64,000 bases of DNA from Nemertoderma westbladi (lineage: Eukaryota; Animalia; Xenacoelomorpha), in the NCBI GenBank assembly GCA_032718475.1, contig JAUCBJ010002291.1:1-64000 (forward strand), in the 5' to 3' direction. A program made the position numbers and the translations under genes. Positions 62,413 to 64,000 of the stretch are shown piece by piece. A model generated the notes under the pieces. The model worked only from the letters and a program-made list of their open reading frames with translations, was not told the origin of the DNA and did not search any database. Each line of letters starts with the position of its first letter. Position 1 is the stretch's first letter.

Positions 62413-64000
62413 AAAGTTTAGTTTAGTTTAGTTTTAGTTTTATTTCTTTTAATCACGTTAAAAACTCAATATAGCTAAAACTCTATTGGGGCAGTACGCA
62501 CAAAAGTACACACTGATAATTTGAGTGATTAAGCGTCACAGGGCCAATGCTACTATGTAACATTATATTCTAGTACATACATAATAATTATCCAATATTA
62601 AGACATATATTTAACTAATATTACACTACAAATTACACTAATACAATTAATAGAACAACAAAGCACAAGGTAGGGAGTGATGCGGAATATTTATGTATCA
62701 TCTCTTTTATATTGATATAGATATAGTAATTTTATTTTATTTTTAAATGCGTTTATTGATGTGCAGATCCTTGCATCTTTGGGCAATTTGTTCCAGATTT
62801 TTATTAGATTTACTACTAAACTTTCATGTCCATATCTGTTTTTAGTTTTGGGAATCTTGATATTTTTTGTTCTTGAGTTTATAATTAGATTTTTATTAGA
62901 TTGAAAAGGTAAGTGCAGTGTTTTGAATGGTCGCGATAATTTATATATGTATTTGAAGAAATATATAAGACCAAAGTATTCCCGTAAAGCAGCCAGCAAT
63001 GGAATTCTTGCTCTTTCCCTGAGTTCAGTACCAGTCGTATCTTTTATTTTTTTGCCAAATATTGTCCGTAATGCATAGTTTTGAACTTTTTCGAACTTGT
63101 ATAGTGCTTCTTTATAACCATATTTATCATGTAGTGATATTAGTAGCTGACAACAGTAATTGTGATATGGAATTGTAAGAGCCTTATATATATGTATCTT
63201 TGTCCTATTTGTTAATTGCCCCTTAATATTACGCAAACATGAAATACTTACAGTCATCTTTTGTAAGATATGTTCCATATATTCTTTCCATTGTAGTTTT
63301 TTGTCTATTTGTACTCCTAAATATTTAACTGATTGAGATTGAGATATTGGTTTTGTTCCCCCTATATTTAATGTTAAAACAGATTCTGATTTATTTTCCT
63401 TAGGTGAGAGTAGTAAAAATTCAGTTTTTGATGGATTTAGTTTGAGGTGGTGTTCTTCAAAGGTTTTATTTAGTTTTAGAATTTCAGTTTCTAGAACATT
63501 TACCGCAGTTTGAGGAGTTACATGTGCTGTATATATCACAGTGTCATCTGCATATTGTATTATATTTGTATTGTTCGTATGGATATCAGGAATGTCATTT
63601 GTGTACATTGTGAATAGTAAAGGCCCAAGTATTGTCCCCTGTGGTACCCCTTTCGTTTCTGTCAGCCATGAAGAATTTGTGCTACCCAATTTAACCCGTT
63701 GCTGCCTATTAGTTAAGTAATTTCTTATGAGATCAACTGCCGTATTGTGAAAACCCATGTTAGTAAGTTTATGTACGAGTAAGTTTCTATTTATAGAGTT
63801 AAACGCCTTACTTAGGTCCAAAAATGCTACTGCTACATATTCTCCTTTGTTTAAATTTTCCCGCCATGATTCTGTTATATATGTTATCGCATCCCCTGTT
63901 GAATACCCCTTTCTAAATCCAAACTGCTTAGAGTATAATAAATTGTGTATATTTATGTGTGTATATATTTGGTTAAAAATTATTCTTTCGAAAACCTTAG
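62413..64000 (-). mobile_element. CR1/L2-group LINE, RT and 3' end, continues beyond the window
   Basis: Open ORF from beyond the window edge to 62691: QFGFR, FLDLSKAFNSI, GVPQGTILGPLLF, YADD, KYLGV, WNKLP; (AAACT)n tail at ~62415-62440. Confidence 0.92.

Overview
AT-rich, repeat-saturated animal (probably invertebrate) genomic DNA; no prokaryotic genes, rRNA/tRNA genes or CRISPR. One host gene can be assembled on the minus strand from four phase-compatible exons (51657-51452, 50169-50012, 17652-17502, 2574-2453). It encodes a signal-peptide protein with four beta/gamma-crystallin motifs, and its 15 kb and 32 kb introns are filled with transposons. These include two LTR-bounded BEL/Pao retrotransposons (A: 19081-30586 minus; B: 33527-44838 plus), an orphan fragment C (about 7-12.5 kb), a full-length RTE LINE with a ~150 bp target-site duplication, a CRE-like LINE, other LINE fragments, MITE-like repeats and several minisatellites; a second copy of family A (D, 59-61 kb) and further LINE/HINE-like repeats lie upstream of the gene. 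Main candidate novel system: these BEL/Pao elements carry an extra gene after pol, apparently with its own promoter, encoding a DEDDy-type 3'-5' exonuclease plus a Cys/His zinc cluster (seen in A and C; B keeps only homologous terminal parts). Both LTR-bounded elements also lack a tRNA primer-binding site and instead have, right after the 5' LTR, a sequence complementary to a short motif inside their own LTR (11 nt in B, 8-10 nt in A), the geometry of Tf1-type self-priming. All alignments were done by eye.
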